From the NCBI GenBank assembly GCA_023457295.1, contig JAEWLZ010000320.1, positions 1 to 29,870 of the forward strand: a DNA stretch of 29,870 nt, written 5' to 3'. A program made the position numbers and the translations under genes. Positions 1 through 11,400 of this stretch are shown piece after piece. A model generated the notes under the pieces. The model was given only the letters and a program-made list of their open reading frames with translations, made no database searches and had not been told where the DNA came from. Within the stretch, counting starts at the first letter, position 1, and each line of letters begins with the position of its first letter. The DNA is from Cyanobacteria bacterium OH_PDB_112. GTDB lineage: Bacteria; Cyanobacteriota; Vampirovibrionia; Gastranaerophilales; CAJFVJ01.

Positions 1-154
1 GCAAAGCCCCTCCTAATCCTATGCTTTCATCGTCTGCATGAGGAGCAAGGCAAAGGCAATTTTTATTGGTGAGTTCTAATGGTAAAAATTTTGTATTTGA
101 TGCCAAAAAAACTTTATAAATTCGTGCTATTAAAAACCTAAAAAGAAAATTCAT
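1..154 (-). CDS. PIG-L/LmbE family deacetylase, N-terminal part (truncated by window edge)
   Basis: Manual translation from ATG at 154: MNFLFRFLIARIYKVFLASNTKFLPLELTNKNCLCLAPHADDESIGLGGAL. It contains the APHxDDE-xxG-xGG metal-binding motif; GGAG RBS at 162-165 on the minus strand. Confidence 0.85.
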   Translation of the reverse strand, partial: MNFLFRFLIARIYKVFLASNTKFLPLELTNKNCLCLAPHADDESIGLGGAL

Positions 155-278
155 TATAAAACTCCGAAATACTTGTCTTTGTTCAATTTATTATACATAA
201 AAAGTTCTATATAAGGTAATGTATTAAAAAAAGTTTAATTTTTAGTATAAAGATAGTTTTTTGGTTTAGAATATTTTT

Positions 279-1265
279 ATGAAACTTACTAGAGAAAAAA
301 TTATAGAGTTATTAAAAACTACCGATGATAGTCTTTTTAAGCTTGCTGATAAAGTACGCAAAGAAAACGTCGGAGATGAAGTTCATCTTCGAGGTTTAAT
401 AGAATTTTCGGATTATTGCAAGCAAAATTGCATGTATTGCGGTATAAGAAGAGATAATAAAGAATGTGTAAGGTATAGAATAGAACCGGAAAATATAATC
501 GAACTTGCCAAAAAAGCTAAAAGTTATGGCTATCAAACAGTTGTACTTCAATCAGGAGAAGACCCTTATTATACTGTTGAGAAAATGACATACATTTTGA
601 CAGAAATAAAGAAACTTGATATGGCTATTACTCTTGGAATAGGGGAGAAAACTCTTGAAGAATACAAGGCTTATCGTGAAGCAGGAGCTGACAGATTTTT
701 GATTCGTATCGAAACAACTGATAAAGAACTTTATAGAAGTTTGCATCCCGGTATGGATTTTGATAATAGGGTTAGATGCCTCAGGGATTTGAAAACTTTA
801 GGTTATGAAGTAGGTACCGGTTGTCTTGTAGGGTTGCCAAATCAAACTATTGAATCGTTAGCGGATGATATTTTATTTTTTAAAGAAATTGATGCCGATA
901 TGATAGGGATTGGTCCTTTTATTCCTAATCCAAATACTCCTTTAGGGCAGGCAGAAGGCGGTAATTTTGACTTGGCATTAAGAGTAATGGCGGTTACAAG
1001 GCTTCTTTTGCCGGATATAAATATTCCTGCAACAACGGCTATGGAAACATTAAATCCAAATGGTCGTCTTATTGCTCTTCAAAGCGGAGCTAATATTGTT
1101 ATGCCTAATGTGACAGAAGGTGATTTTCGTAAATATTATGAACTTTATCCCGGAAAAATTTGTGTAAATGACACTCCTGTAAAATGTGTGGGGTGTATAA
1201 CCGGCAAAATCAAAAGTATCGGTCGTGAAGTCTCTAAGACAAAGGGATTTCGCAAAAAGAAATAA
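279..1265 (+). CDS. hydE: [FeFe]-hydrogenase H-cluster radical SAM maturase HydE
   Basis: CxxxCxxC (CKQNCMYC), RGLIEFS, VVLQSGED, GIGPFIP, IPATTA and C-terminal YELYPGKIC motifs typical of HydE. Confidence 0.9.
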   Translation: MKLTREKIIELLKTTDDSLFKLADKVRKENVGDEVHLRGLIEFSDYCKQNCMYCGIRRDNKECVRYRIEPENIIELAKKAKSYGYQTVVLQSGEDPYYTVEKMTYILTEIKKLDMAITLGIGEKTLEEYKAYREAGADRFLIRIETTDKELYRSLHPGMDFDNRVRCLRDLKTLGYEVGTGCLVGLPNQTIESLADDILFFKEIDADMIGIGPFIPNPNTPLGQAEGGNFDLALRVMAVTRLLLPDINIPATTAMETLNPNGRLIALQSGANIVMPNVTEGDFRKYYELYPGKICVNDTPVKCVGCITGKIKSIGREVSKTKGFRKKK

Positions 1266-1417
1266 AGATAATTTCGGTTGTTTTAGAATTTAGTTTCTTT
1301 ACTGTATTTAGCTTAAGTTTCAAATATTAATTAATATTGCAATACTGTTTTTTTTGGGTTTAAAAAAAAATATGTTTGTATTACGATTGACTTCAGAAAT
1401 CACAGGAAAAATCGGTA

Positions 1418-2194
1418 ATGGAAAAAGAAAATGTAATTTACTGCGATTTTGGAGTTATGACATCTCCGGTCTCTGACAAAAATCGCACCACTAAAGGGAG
1501 GACAGCTTTAAAGGGTTTGAAAAAACCCGAGTTGAGCAGTATTGTTTATAGTGATTTTGATGGGACTGTAACAAAAGAAGATTCTGTAAATAAGTTTTTA
1601 ACTCTTTTTGCGGATAAAGAATGGCTTGATGTCGAAGAAGAGTGGATTCGCGGAGAAATCGGTTCAAGAGAATGTCTTTTGAGGCAGGTAAATTTAGTTC
1701 CCGAATTGTCTATGCAGGATTTGGCTGATTATATTGATTCTATTCAAATAGATGAAGGATTCATTGATTTTTATAAATATGTTCAAAGCAAAAATTCAGA
1801 ACTTGTTATTGTTAGTGACGGTTTTGATTTGTTTATAAAAGAAACTTTAAGGAAGCATAATCTAAAAGGCATAAAATATTATGCCAATACTTTAATATTT
1901 AAGGACAATAGATTGAGCTTGGAATTTAACTATGGTAATCCTTACTGTAAGAACGGTTCTGGGGTTTGTAAGTGTTCTACCACAAGAATAAAAGATTTTT
2001 GTTATATAGGTGACGGACTTTCAGATGTTTGTGTGGCAAAAAAAGCAGGTACTTTGTTTGCTAAGAAAAGTCTGAAAAAACATTGTGATGAAGCAAAAAT
2101 AGACTACTATGATTATCAAACATTTGAGGATGTTTTAGCCTATTTTGCGAAAAAAGGAGAGATAAATGCAAAACTTAATTACATCAATAACTGA
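1418..2194 (+). CDS. MtnX-like HAD-IB family phosphatase
   Basis: HAD motif I DFDGT, motif II VSDG, CxxxxGxCKC, motif IV GDGLSD. The N-terminal ~38 aa extension makes the start uncertain. Confidence 0.8.
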   Translation: MEKENVIYCDFGVMTSPVSDKNRTTKGRTALKGLKKPELSSIVYSDFDGTVTKEDSVNKFLTLFADKEWLDVEEEWIRGEIGSRECLLRQVNLVPELSMQDLADYIDSIQIDEGFIDFYKYVQSKNSELVIVSDGFDLFIKETLRKHNLKGIKYYANTLIFKDNRLSLEFNYGNPYCKNGSGVCKCSTTRIKDFCYIGDGLSDVCVAKKAGTLFAKKSLKKHCDEAKIDYYDYQTFEDVLAYFAKKGEINAKLNYINN

Positions 2195-3545
2195 TGCAGA
2201 AATTAGAGATTTGGACAGTAAATATTGTTCATACGGCGATACAGTACATTATTCCGAAACGCCGAAAATCTTTAGAGATTGTGATGGTTCATTTATGTAT
2301 GATTCGGAAGAAACTCCTTTTTTGGATTTGCAAATGTGGTATGCTTCATGTAATTTAGGCTATAAAAATAAACGTATTGCAGATGCCGTTGTTGACCAAA
2401 TTAATACTATGCCTCAAATAGCATCACGCTTTTTATACGATTATAAAGTTTTGCTTTCTGAAAAAATAGCAACAGCAAATGAAAAAAGATTTGGCAGAAA
2501 AGGTCGTGTTCACTTCAACGTAGGTGGTGCTCAGGCTAATGAAGATGCTTTGAAATTGGTAAGAAACTTTACCGGCAAAAACCTTATGTTTGCTTTTATG
2601 GGTGGTTATCACGGTCGTACAATCGGAACTTCAGCTATCACATCAAGTTTCCGTTATCGTGAAAATTATGGACACTTTGGTGACAGAGCACATTTTGTTC
2701 CGTTTCCTTATTGCTACAGATGCCATTACGGCAAAAAATGTGAAGACTGCAATTTTTACTGTGTAAAACAGTTTGAAAAGAATTTTGACAGTGAGTACAA
2801 ATCTTTCTATGACCCTGCAAACGGAAAATGTGAATATGTCGCTTTTATTGCAGAACCTTTGCAAGGAACAGGCGGTTATATTGTTCCTCCTATGGGTTAT
2901 TTTAAAGAACTTAAAAAAGTTCTTGATAAGTACGGTATTTTATTTGTTGTAGATGAAATTCAAATGGGATTCTATCGTACGGGTAAATTATGGTCTATTG
3001 AACATTTCGGTGTTGAACCCGATGTAATTACATTCGGAAAATCAATGACAAATGGCTTAAATCCTCTTGGCGGGCTTTGGGCAAAAGAAGAAATGATTAA
3101 CCCTGAAATTTGGCCTGCCGGCAGAACCCACTCTACTTATTCTTCAAACCCAATTGGAACAAGAGCCGGCTATGAAGTTATGAGTATTTTTGAAGAAGAC
3201 GATTTTGAAACTTCTATTACTGAAAAAGGCAAAAAATTCCTTGAAGGTTTAAAACATTTAGAAAATAAATACAAAAAAATCGGTAATGTCGATGGTCTTG
3301 GGCTTGCTTTGAGAATAGAATGTACAGAAGAAGACGGATTTACGCCTAGCAAAAAACTTTGTGATTCTATCATAGATGAAGGTCTAAAAGGAGATTTGAC
3401 TTATAAAGGTGAAAAATGCGGTATAGTTCTAAATAATGGCGGATATTACAAAAACGTAATTACGCTTGTTCCTGCAGTTACTATTACCAATGAAGAAATT
3501 GATATGGCGATAGACCTTATAGACCAGTTATTTGCGAGGTTTTAA
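2166..3545 (+). CDS. Class III PLP-dependent aminotransferase, substrate unknown
   Basis: GGAQANE, GGYHGRT, EPLQGTGG, DEIQMGFYRTG and PDVITFGKS (PLP lysine) motifs; AGGAG RBS; overlaps the upstream gene by 29 nt. Confidence 0.9.
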   Translation: MQNLITSITDAEIRDLDSKYCSYGDTVHYSETPKIFRDCDGSFMYDSEETPFLDLQMWYASCNLGYKNKRIADAVVDQINTMPQIASRFLYDYKVLLSEKIATANEKRFGRKGRVHFNVGGAQANEDALKLVRNFTGKNLMFAFMGGYHGRTIGTSAITSSFRYRENYGHFGDRAHFVPFPYCYRCHYGKKCEDCNFYCVKQFEKNFDSEYKSFYDPANGKCEYVAFIAEPLQGTGGYIVPPMGYFKELKKVLDKYGILFVVDEIQMGFYRTGKLWSIEHFGVEPDVITFGKSMTNGLNPLGGLWAKEEMINPEIWPAGRTHSTYSSNPIGTRAGYEVMSIFEEDDFETSITEKGKKFLEGLKHLENKYKKIGNVDGLGLALRIECTEEDGFTPSKKLCDSIIDEGLKGDLTYKGEKCGIVLNNGGYYKNVITLVPAVTITNEEIDMAIDLIDQLFARF

Positions 3546-3547
3546 TT

Positions 3548-4378
3548 TTGGGGTCGGCATTTGATTTTGAACTAAAACATTCGGAAAAACCTAAAAAAGC
3601 TATATTATTATTTCACGGAATGACAGGAAGTCCATTTGAATTGCGCAAATATGCGAAGCATTTGCATAATCAAGGTTTTGATGTTTTTGCTTATTGTTTA
3701 CCCGGGCATGGTGATCATGAACAACGTATAGAATCTGTGAAATGGCAAGATTGGGTCAATTTTTCAAATGAAAAATATGAATCTTTGAGAAATAATTATA
3801 ATGAGTTTTTTCTTGGGGGACTTTGTCTTGGAGCTGTTATAGCTCTGAATTTGGCACAGACATATAAGGATGTTACCGGAGTTATAGGACTTTCAACTAC
3901 TCTTTTTCTTGATGGCTGGACAATTCCTTGGTACTACGATTTGATGATTGGCATCGGACTTCATACTATTATAAGGTATTATTATACTTTCCCTGAAAGA
4001 GAGCCTTATGGTATAAAAAATGAATCCACAAGGCGTAAAGTAGCCAATCTTATGAAAAAAAATACTGTAGCTTTGGACAATTATCCGATGTCTTGTATTT
4101 ATGAGCTTTTGGAATTGTCAAAATATACAAGAAGAAATATGGCAAAGGTTATCGCGCCTATTTTGCTTATGCATTCAACAGAAGATGACCTTACAAGCAT
4201 AAAAAGTGCCGAATTTGTTTATAAAAATGTGTCTTCCGAATTAAAAGAATATATTAAACTTAAAGATAGTTATCATTTGGTTATTTATGACAATGAAAAA
4301 GAATTTGTGTTTAATAAATCTATCGAATTTATGAACAGTTTGTGTGCGAAATCGGAATTGCAAGAGGTGTTGGGGTGA
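3548..4378 (+). CDS. Alpha/beta hydrolase (carboxylesterase-like) with GxCxG nucleophile elbow
   Basis: HGMTGS oxyanion motif, LPGHG, GLCLG, EDDL (Asp), SYHLV (His); TTG start 2 nt after the previous stop with GAGG RBS. Confidence 0.85.
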   Translation: MGSAFDFELKHSEKPKKAILLFHGMTGSPFELRKYAKHLHNQGFDVFAYCLPGHGDHEQRIESVKWQDWVNFSNEKYESLRNNYNEFFLGGLCLGAVIALNLAQTYKDVTGVIGLSTTLFLDGWTIPWYYDLMIGIGLHTIIRYYYTFPEREPYGIKNESTRRKVANLMKKNTVALDNYPMSCIYELLELSKYTRRNMAKVIAPILLMHSTEDDLTSIKSAEFVYKNVSSELKEYIKLKDSYHLVIYDNEKEFVFNKSIEFMNSLCAKSELQEVLG

Positions 4379-4725
4379 ATTTAGCTTTAATTAGTTTTTT
4401 GGCAATAAATATTGTCTTTATAGTTTTATTTTTTGTGGGTAAAAAATTCATTTTTAAAATAAAAAGTAATCCTAATTTGACAGCCGGCTATGCTTTGCTT
4501 TTAGGTATTATGTTTGTATTGTATTTTTTGTCTGTATTTGTTGTTGTGATTTCATCAATTGTTGCACACAAATTTTTGCCTGTAATTTTGCTTGTTTTTG
4601 TATTTTTGCCTTTTGTTATAGGTAAAAAAGTTACTTATGAAAAACTTAATTTTTATTCAAATTTGCAGTTGGTGACATTTTTATTTAGCTTAATTTTGGG
4701 CTTAGTATTTTTGAAAGTATATTAA
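4375..4725 (+). CDS. Small integral membrane protein (~4 hydrophobic segments), hypothetical
   Basis: Likely GTG start at 4375 overlapping the upstream TGA (GTGA), with GAGGTG RBS; very hydrophobic sequence. Confidence 0.65.
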   Translation: MNLALISFLAINIVFIVLFFVGKKFIFKIKSNPNLTAGYALLLGIMFVLYFLSVFVVVISSIVAHKFLPVILLVFVFLPFVIGKKVTYEKLNFYSNLQLVTFLFSLILGLVFLKVY

Positions 4726-4900
4726 TTTTAAATACTTTGTAACGAAATTTTAAGTGTATCTGAAACCTTATTTTTTAAAAGATTTCAGCAGTTTTGCTTA
4801 TTTGAGTTTTATTTTTTTAAGCAATTTTTGGGTCTTGGTTGTTTTTTTATTAAAAGAGTATAAGATTTATTGTTTTATTGAGAAATAGAGGAGAAAATTT

Positions 4901-5251
4901 ATGGGTGGACCTTTTACAGTAATAGTTGATGATAAAAAATATCATTGTCCTGTTGGTTCTAGTTCTGAGAAATATTTGAAGGACTTGAGTAAAATAAGAA
5001 TAGATTTTTCATCTAAAGTAAGAGCAACAGAAGATAAAAAAGATGATGCCACATATGTAGCTGCCGCTAAAGAATTTTATAAAATGAGAAGTGATTATAT
5101 AAGAACGACAGGTAAACTGCCCGAAAATGATAAAGATTTACAAAATTTTTCAGGAATAAAACCATCAGAAGGCAAATCACTTTTAGAATATTATTTCAAT
5201 AAAAATGGACTATTCGGTTCGAATGACCAATTAGCAAATGCTGAAAAATAA
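4901..5251 (+). CDS. Hypothetical protein
   Basis: Strong GAGGAG RBS, 116-aa ORF, no recognisable motif. Confidence 0.65.
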   Translation: MGGPFTVIVDDKKYHCPVGSSSEKYLKDLSKIRIDFSSKVRATEDKKDDATYVAAAKEFYKMRSDYIRTTGKLPENDKDLQNFSGIKPSEGKSLLEYYFNKNGLFGSNDQLANAEK

Positions 5252-5283
5252 TATTTTAAAATAATAAAATTTAAATTAAGTAT

Positions 5284-5368
5284 TGTAACAAAGTTTGTAA
5301 CGAATTGTTAAGTTTTTTTAACAATTTTTACAAACTTTTGTTTAAAAATTTGCCCACTTAGGTATAAT
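5284..5368 (+). promoter_or_regulatory. Putative sigma70-type -10 (TATAAT 5363-5368) with upstream TGTAAC/TTAAC/TTACA repeats
   Basis: TATAAT 55 nt before the giant gene start; poor -35; TGTAAC at 5284 and 5296; TTAACAATTTTTACA at 5318-5332. Confidence 0.45.
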
Positions 5369-5422
5369 AAATAAAGAAACGAAGCTTACGGATTAAGCAT
5401 TTAACAGTCAGGAGAAATATCG

Positions 5423-8400
5423 TTGTCTAGTCTAGATCCTTTATATCAGGGAATTCTATATAATACAGTCAATACGTCTCAGCAAGAGATTAATACTCTC
5501 TTGAAGCAGTTAGAAACAGGTTTGAAAATAAATTCTGCGGCGGATGATCCTGCAAACATTTATGTTTCAGAGGCATTGAACTTTGAGGCATTAGAAAATG
5601 CTGCGACAGAAACAAATGCTCAAAATGGTTTGACATATCTTCAGGTCGCTCAAAAAGCTTACAGCGATATAATTACAGAGTTAAACAAAATTAAAACTCT
5701 TGCGGATAAGGCTTTAACAGGTAATTATGATTCTATTCAGATAGCAGACTTTCAAAATCAGATAACTGCTAGTATTAATACAATAAAAAACATTGAAACA
5801 GGTACGACTTTCAATGGTATTCAGGTTTTTAACAACTCAAATTCGGTAGGTCTTGTAAATGAACATATGTTTGCAATTACATCAAAAGAGGATGTAATAG
5901 TAACTACGGCTACTGTTATTTCCGACAGAGGAAAAGATTATTCAGAATACTTAACAAATGATGTAAGTCGTTATAATAAAATTGATATTAACGGAGAAAT
6001 TGCTCTTGTAAATGATGATGGTACAATAATTTCTTTTAATTCAATTCATATTGCATCTAAGGCTCAGTTTTTGGCTGTTGTATCAGGAATGACATTAGGA
6101 TTAGGACTCGATAAAAACTATGTACTTGATACCGATATAGATTTGACAGGCTACGACACTAGCGGTAAAGCTCTTTTTCAAGGGGATTTTACAGGTACTT
6201 TTGACGGTAATGGTCATACTATTTCGAATTTGACTATCAATAACACCGAAGTCTCAGTTGATGCAGACAAGTCTTATTTTGTATGTGATTCTAGCACTAA
6301 TGGACCGGGTGTAGGTTTATTCGATACCGTTTTGGGCGCAGTATCAAATTTAAATTTGAGCAATATAAATATTTCTGTTGCAGGAAATGTTCACCGTGCA
6401 GGTGCTTTAGCAGGTATAGTTGAAAATGGTGCAAATATTGCAAATGTTAGCGTTGCAAGTGCTACTATATCAGGTGGTACAGACAGTAAAGGTCTTGGCG
6501 GTTTAGTCGGATTTGTTAGTAATGCAACAATTTCTGATTCTTCCGCAAATGCTACTGTTACAGGTGCCTGGGATTTGGGTGGTCTTGCAGGGTTTGTTGC
6601 TGCTAGTACAATAAAAAATTCTGCTTCATCAGGATCTGTCACTTGTAATCAGGCTAGTGCGCAAACAGCTAATTATTATTACGCAGGTTCTCATCTTGAC
6701 AGAATGGTAGGCGGCTTAGCTGGTGTTATCCTTAGTTCTACCATGGATAGTAATCGTTCAAGTTCAACAGTTACCAATTCTTTTAACTATACCGGTGGCA
6801 TATCAGGTATGCTTGGCTCAAGCAGTGTTACAAACAGCTATGCGACAGGTAACGTAACAGGTGCAATTGGTACAGTTGGAGGTTTTTCAGGAGATATAAG
6901 ATCAAATTCTTCTATTTCAAATTGTTACGCCCAAAATTCTGTTTCAGGTGGTTGGGGTGTAGGCGGATTTTATGGTTCTAATGGACAGGCAGGTGTTTCC
7001 GTAGGAAGCATAAGTAACTGTTTTTATGATTCAACAAGATATGCGGGTGGATTTGGTCCTGCTGCGGATGCTGCAAATTGGACAAATTATGCAGGGATAT
7101 CAACTGCGGATATAAGCAGCCATTCAGCGACTTTTAATACTGTTACATTAAACTGGGATAAAATAGATGTTTGGAATACGGCAGGTGCTTCTCCTACTCT
7201 TAATAATATTGGAACTCATGCTCCTATAACAGTTAATAGCAGTAATGTTACTACGATTGAAAATGCTCAGCAATTAGTAAGTGCTTTGAATGGAACGACA
7301 GTAGGCAAAACATTTATTTTGCTTGATAACATTGATTTATCTTCATTAGGAGTTAAAGACAAGGCTTTAATCACCGGTACTTTCCAAGGAACTTTGGAAG
7401 GTAACGGCTATGCTATTTCTAATTTGCAAATTAATTCGACAACAAATGATAATATCGGACTTTTTGAAAATTTGGGTGCGGCATCCAGAGTTCAGAATGT
7501 AATCCTTTCAGATTTCGTTATAAAAGGTGACCTTTGGGTCGGTTCTTTAGCCGGTAGAAATACCGGAGGTGTAATTGACAATGTTGCTGTTGTTGATACA
7601 AATGTTAAGGGTAATGGTCAAGTCGGTGGCTTGGTCGGTTGGAATGGCGCATCAGGTACAATTACAAATTCTTTTGTTTCCGGTCAAGTATCTGGAGATT
7701 CTTTAAGTTATGCTATGGGCGGCTTGGTAGGAAATCTTGACGGCGGAACAATTTCTAGAACATTCGCTAATGTTGATGTTTCAGGCAGCGTTAATATAGG
7801 TGGTTTGGTTGGTCTAGCAGGAACATCCGCGGCGGCTTCAATATCAGAATCTTATGCAAGAGGTTCTGTTACCGGTCAAACATCAGTTGGCGGACTTGTG
7901 GGTTCATTAACTGCTAACGGAACTATAACAAATACATATACTCTTGGAACTGTTACAGGTGAAATAAGTACGGCAGGGCTTGTCGGAAATAATGCGGGTA
8001 ATGTTTCCAATTCTTATTCATTATCAAAAGTTGTGGATTCTACTGCTGTTTTTGATATAACTCAATTTCAGGTGGTTGCAACAGGTGAAATTGTTCAAGG
8101 TATGGATCAAAGACCTAATGATGATTTTTCAATCACCTATACTGCTACAAATTTTGCGGGAGCAGGCACTATATTTGCTTTTAATAGTGTTGAAGATTTT
8201 GATAAATTCAGAATTTTTGATACAACAGGTTCTGCGCCAAGTGACATAGCTCTTTTTTATGAAAAATCAGCAGGAAATGTTTGGAACGGAAGAAAATTAC
8301 AATCAACTGAAAGATATCAATATACTCAAACAGTATTAACTGACCCTCCGTTGGTTGGAGTTCCTATAGATGCTGATGGTATAGATTACAGCATAATAAG

Positions 8401-11400
8401 AGCAGTAACAGGGGCAAATGCAGGAACTTATGCTTTCAAAACAGAAGAAGATTATAATAATTTTCAAGCTTATTCAACCAATTCCGGTACTGCAACAAAT
8501 AGTGTTGATAAGTTTTACAGATTAGATGCTGCAAATGACAGATGGTATTTGCAAAATCTCACAATTACGCCTAATGCCCAAACTTACTCTATACAGGTAG
8601 GAGTCGGGGCTTCTATTGATAATATGCCTGTTACTCCAAATGGCACCTTTAATGTTTTATGGAGCAATGCCGGCACAAACTATGCTTTTGCAAGTGTAGA
8701 AGATAGAGATGCTTATGCAAGTAATAATGGTTCAATATCTCTTTTTTATACTGAAAACGCTGATGGTACTTGGCATAGTTGGAATCAGACAGCTTCATTC
8801 AGTCCTCAAGTTATCGCGGGTGTAACCACTGCTGACGATCCTCAAGATATCAATGAGCATTATACTTATTTGACTTCATATGCCGGAGGTACTTATGCTT
8901 TTGCAAGTCAGGAAGATTTGGATAAATTTAACGGCGGGACTCCCATAGGAGAAATCGCAAAATATTACGCAAAAGCCACAGGTGACGTTTCTGCTACACC
9001 ATGGGTTGCATATGAAGTTACAAAATCAGTAAGCGTAACTACTAATTACACAGCGGGAGAAACAGTTTCTAATGTTCAATCCGCACCGATTGACAACTCA
9101 ATATATTCTATAATAAGACCTGTAAATATATGGAGCGGTACTTATACTTTTGCTTTTTCAAGTGAAACAGATTCTTACAATTTCAATGATGGCATAAATT
9201 TGAGAGGAGTTGTAGGCGAATGTTATTATAAAGCAAATAACGGTCCCACAGTTAGTTGGCAGAAATGTTCCGTAGTGCCAAATCCTACGCCATATAATGC
9301 CTTGGCTCCGGTAGATCTAGGGACTCCCAATTATGCTATTCCTGAAGCTTCAGATGGTACTACTTATAATTATATTAGGTCTTATAACGGTGATACTTAT
9401 GCTTTTAAAAATGAAACAGAATATAATAATTACGTAGATAGAACCGCTCCTGTTGAGGTATACTTTAAAGATGTATTAAACGGTACAGACCATACATGGC
9501 AAAAATTGACCACAACTACTACCTGGGTAAACGATTTCGCTACACCTACAGGTATTACCTGTTATCAAATTCCTGATGTTGTTGATTCTGATGGGCAGCT
9601 TTTTTCTTATATCCATAAGCAATTTGTTGGAATGGGATACTATAATTTGTATGCTTTTAAATCAGAAGAAGAGTATCATCGCTGGTCTGATCGTTTCACT
9701 AGCGGTTACGGTACTGATCAGGGTGCAGACCCAATTAATTATTATAGGAAAAGTTTTGACAATACAGATACTTCTACCAGTGATTGGATAGGATTTGCAA
9801 GTACATTCGATGATTCATCACGTCCCGTGGATATTTCATACGGAGGGTTTGCGTCTAGATTGAGTTTGACCCCTACTGATTCAAGTTATAATGTTATAGC
9901 TCAAGCTTGGGGGACGACTACAAGTGCTTTTGCGTCTGAACGTGATAGAGATTTGTGTATTGCAGGAAATCAATATAATGGCTTGGTAGAGTATGATTAT
10001 CAAAGTGATGGCACTTGGAAACAATATACTTATACTATTGATACTACTTACCATGTTAATAATACTGCATCATTTAGTACTTCTGCTGTACCTAATGATC
10101 CATCTTTTAATTATTTGGTTGACAAATCCGGTCAGCTTTATGCGTTTAAAAGTGCATATGAAAATACATTATTTGATACTCAGAATCCTTATAATGGTAT
10201 GGAATACTACACTTATGATGGAGGTGGCACTTGGACTTTATGTACAAATGTTGACATTTATGAGGGCAACATAACTTCTCCTGGAACTACCCAATTTCTT
10301 ACTCCTGCCGATCCTAGTTATCAGTTTTTATTCGGAACTTTGGCTTTTGCAGATGCGGCGGCTATTCAAAGATATATCAGTGGGCCAGTAAACATGGATA
10401 TTTATTATGAACAAACTTCATCGGGTCTTTGGCAAGGATATATTTACAACGAACTTGCGTCGAGTTGGAATACTTATGGGGCTGTTATTGGTAGTTCAGT
10501 TAATCATAACCCGGAATATGCCACAAGATATGATGATGGAACGAATACCTATTATTTTGCAAATGAACAAGACAGAGATGCTTTTATTACTTATCAAACA
10601 TTTGGTGAATTGCGTGCCAATACGAATGATTTTGTTTATTATCAGGTAACAGATTATGGTGCTGAGACTGCAGTACAAGAATATAATTTTGATGTTCGTG
10701 CGCGACATCAGGTTTCTACCGATGATACAACAACTTCATCTGTGCCATATCAAGATCCTGAGTATGGGACAGTATACAATGATGGAACGAATACCTATTA
10801 TTTTGCAAATGAGGCGGATAGAGATTCTTATGTGGATTATGCCGCAGATGGAGTTCTTTCAAGTCCTCAGACTACGAATGATTTTACTTATTATAGATTT
10901 AACGATGCTGCGACTACTCCATCATTTGATAGTTATAATTTCAATGTAGCAAGTTCTACTTCATCCTCCTGGGTAGCTGGTGCTTCTGTTGCTTCAATCC
11001 CTCAATTTGAGGCCGAGTATTCTACAAGATATAATGATGGGACAAATACCTATTATTTTGCGAATGCTATGGATATGGCTGCTTATCAATATTATGTGAC
11101 AAATGGTGATGCTCAAGAAGGGCGGGACAATAATTTTGTATTTTGGCAAGAAGTTTCTGCAATGGGTGGTAATCCCGCAGTTGAAAGAAGAGAATTTAAA
11201 GTAAGTGATTTCGGAGTCAGATACGATGATAATACAACAGGTGTAACAGTTGTCAATTGTAGACCTATGGATACAACATATCAATATCAGGGACAAAATG
11301 GTGCCTGGTATAATAATGAAGCCCTTGCAACTAATTCTACCGGCGGTTATGAAATTGATACTTATTCTACCAACTTTTATCAACCTAGTGGCTTTGGTCC

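Noticed and set aside
1418..2194. True MtnX methionine-salvage gene linked to speE
   Set aside because: No mtnW/mtnB/mtnD neighbours; only family-level similarity is supported.
2166..3545. Aminotransferase as BioA because bioB is in the window
   Set aside because: It is 13 kb from bioB, in a different operon, and lacks the BioA-typical SWW motif (has QMWYAS).
5401..5410. TTAACAGTCA before the giant flagellin RBS, resembling the TTAAACAGTCA leader block
   Set aside because: Only an 8-nt exact match, without the other blocks; could be chance.
10533..11066. 34-nt direct repeats as a CRISPR array or DGR template/variable repeat
   Set aside because: Spacing of 246-255 nt is in frame inside a CDS; no cas or reverse transcriptase gene; differences are not adenine-specific.
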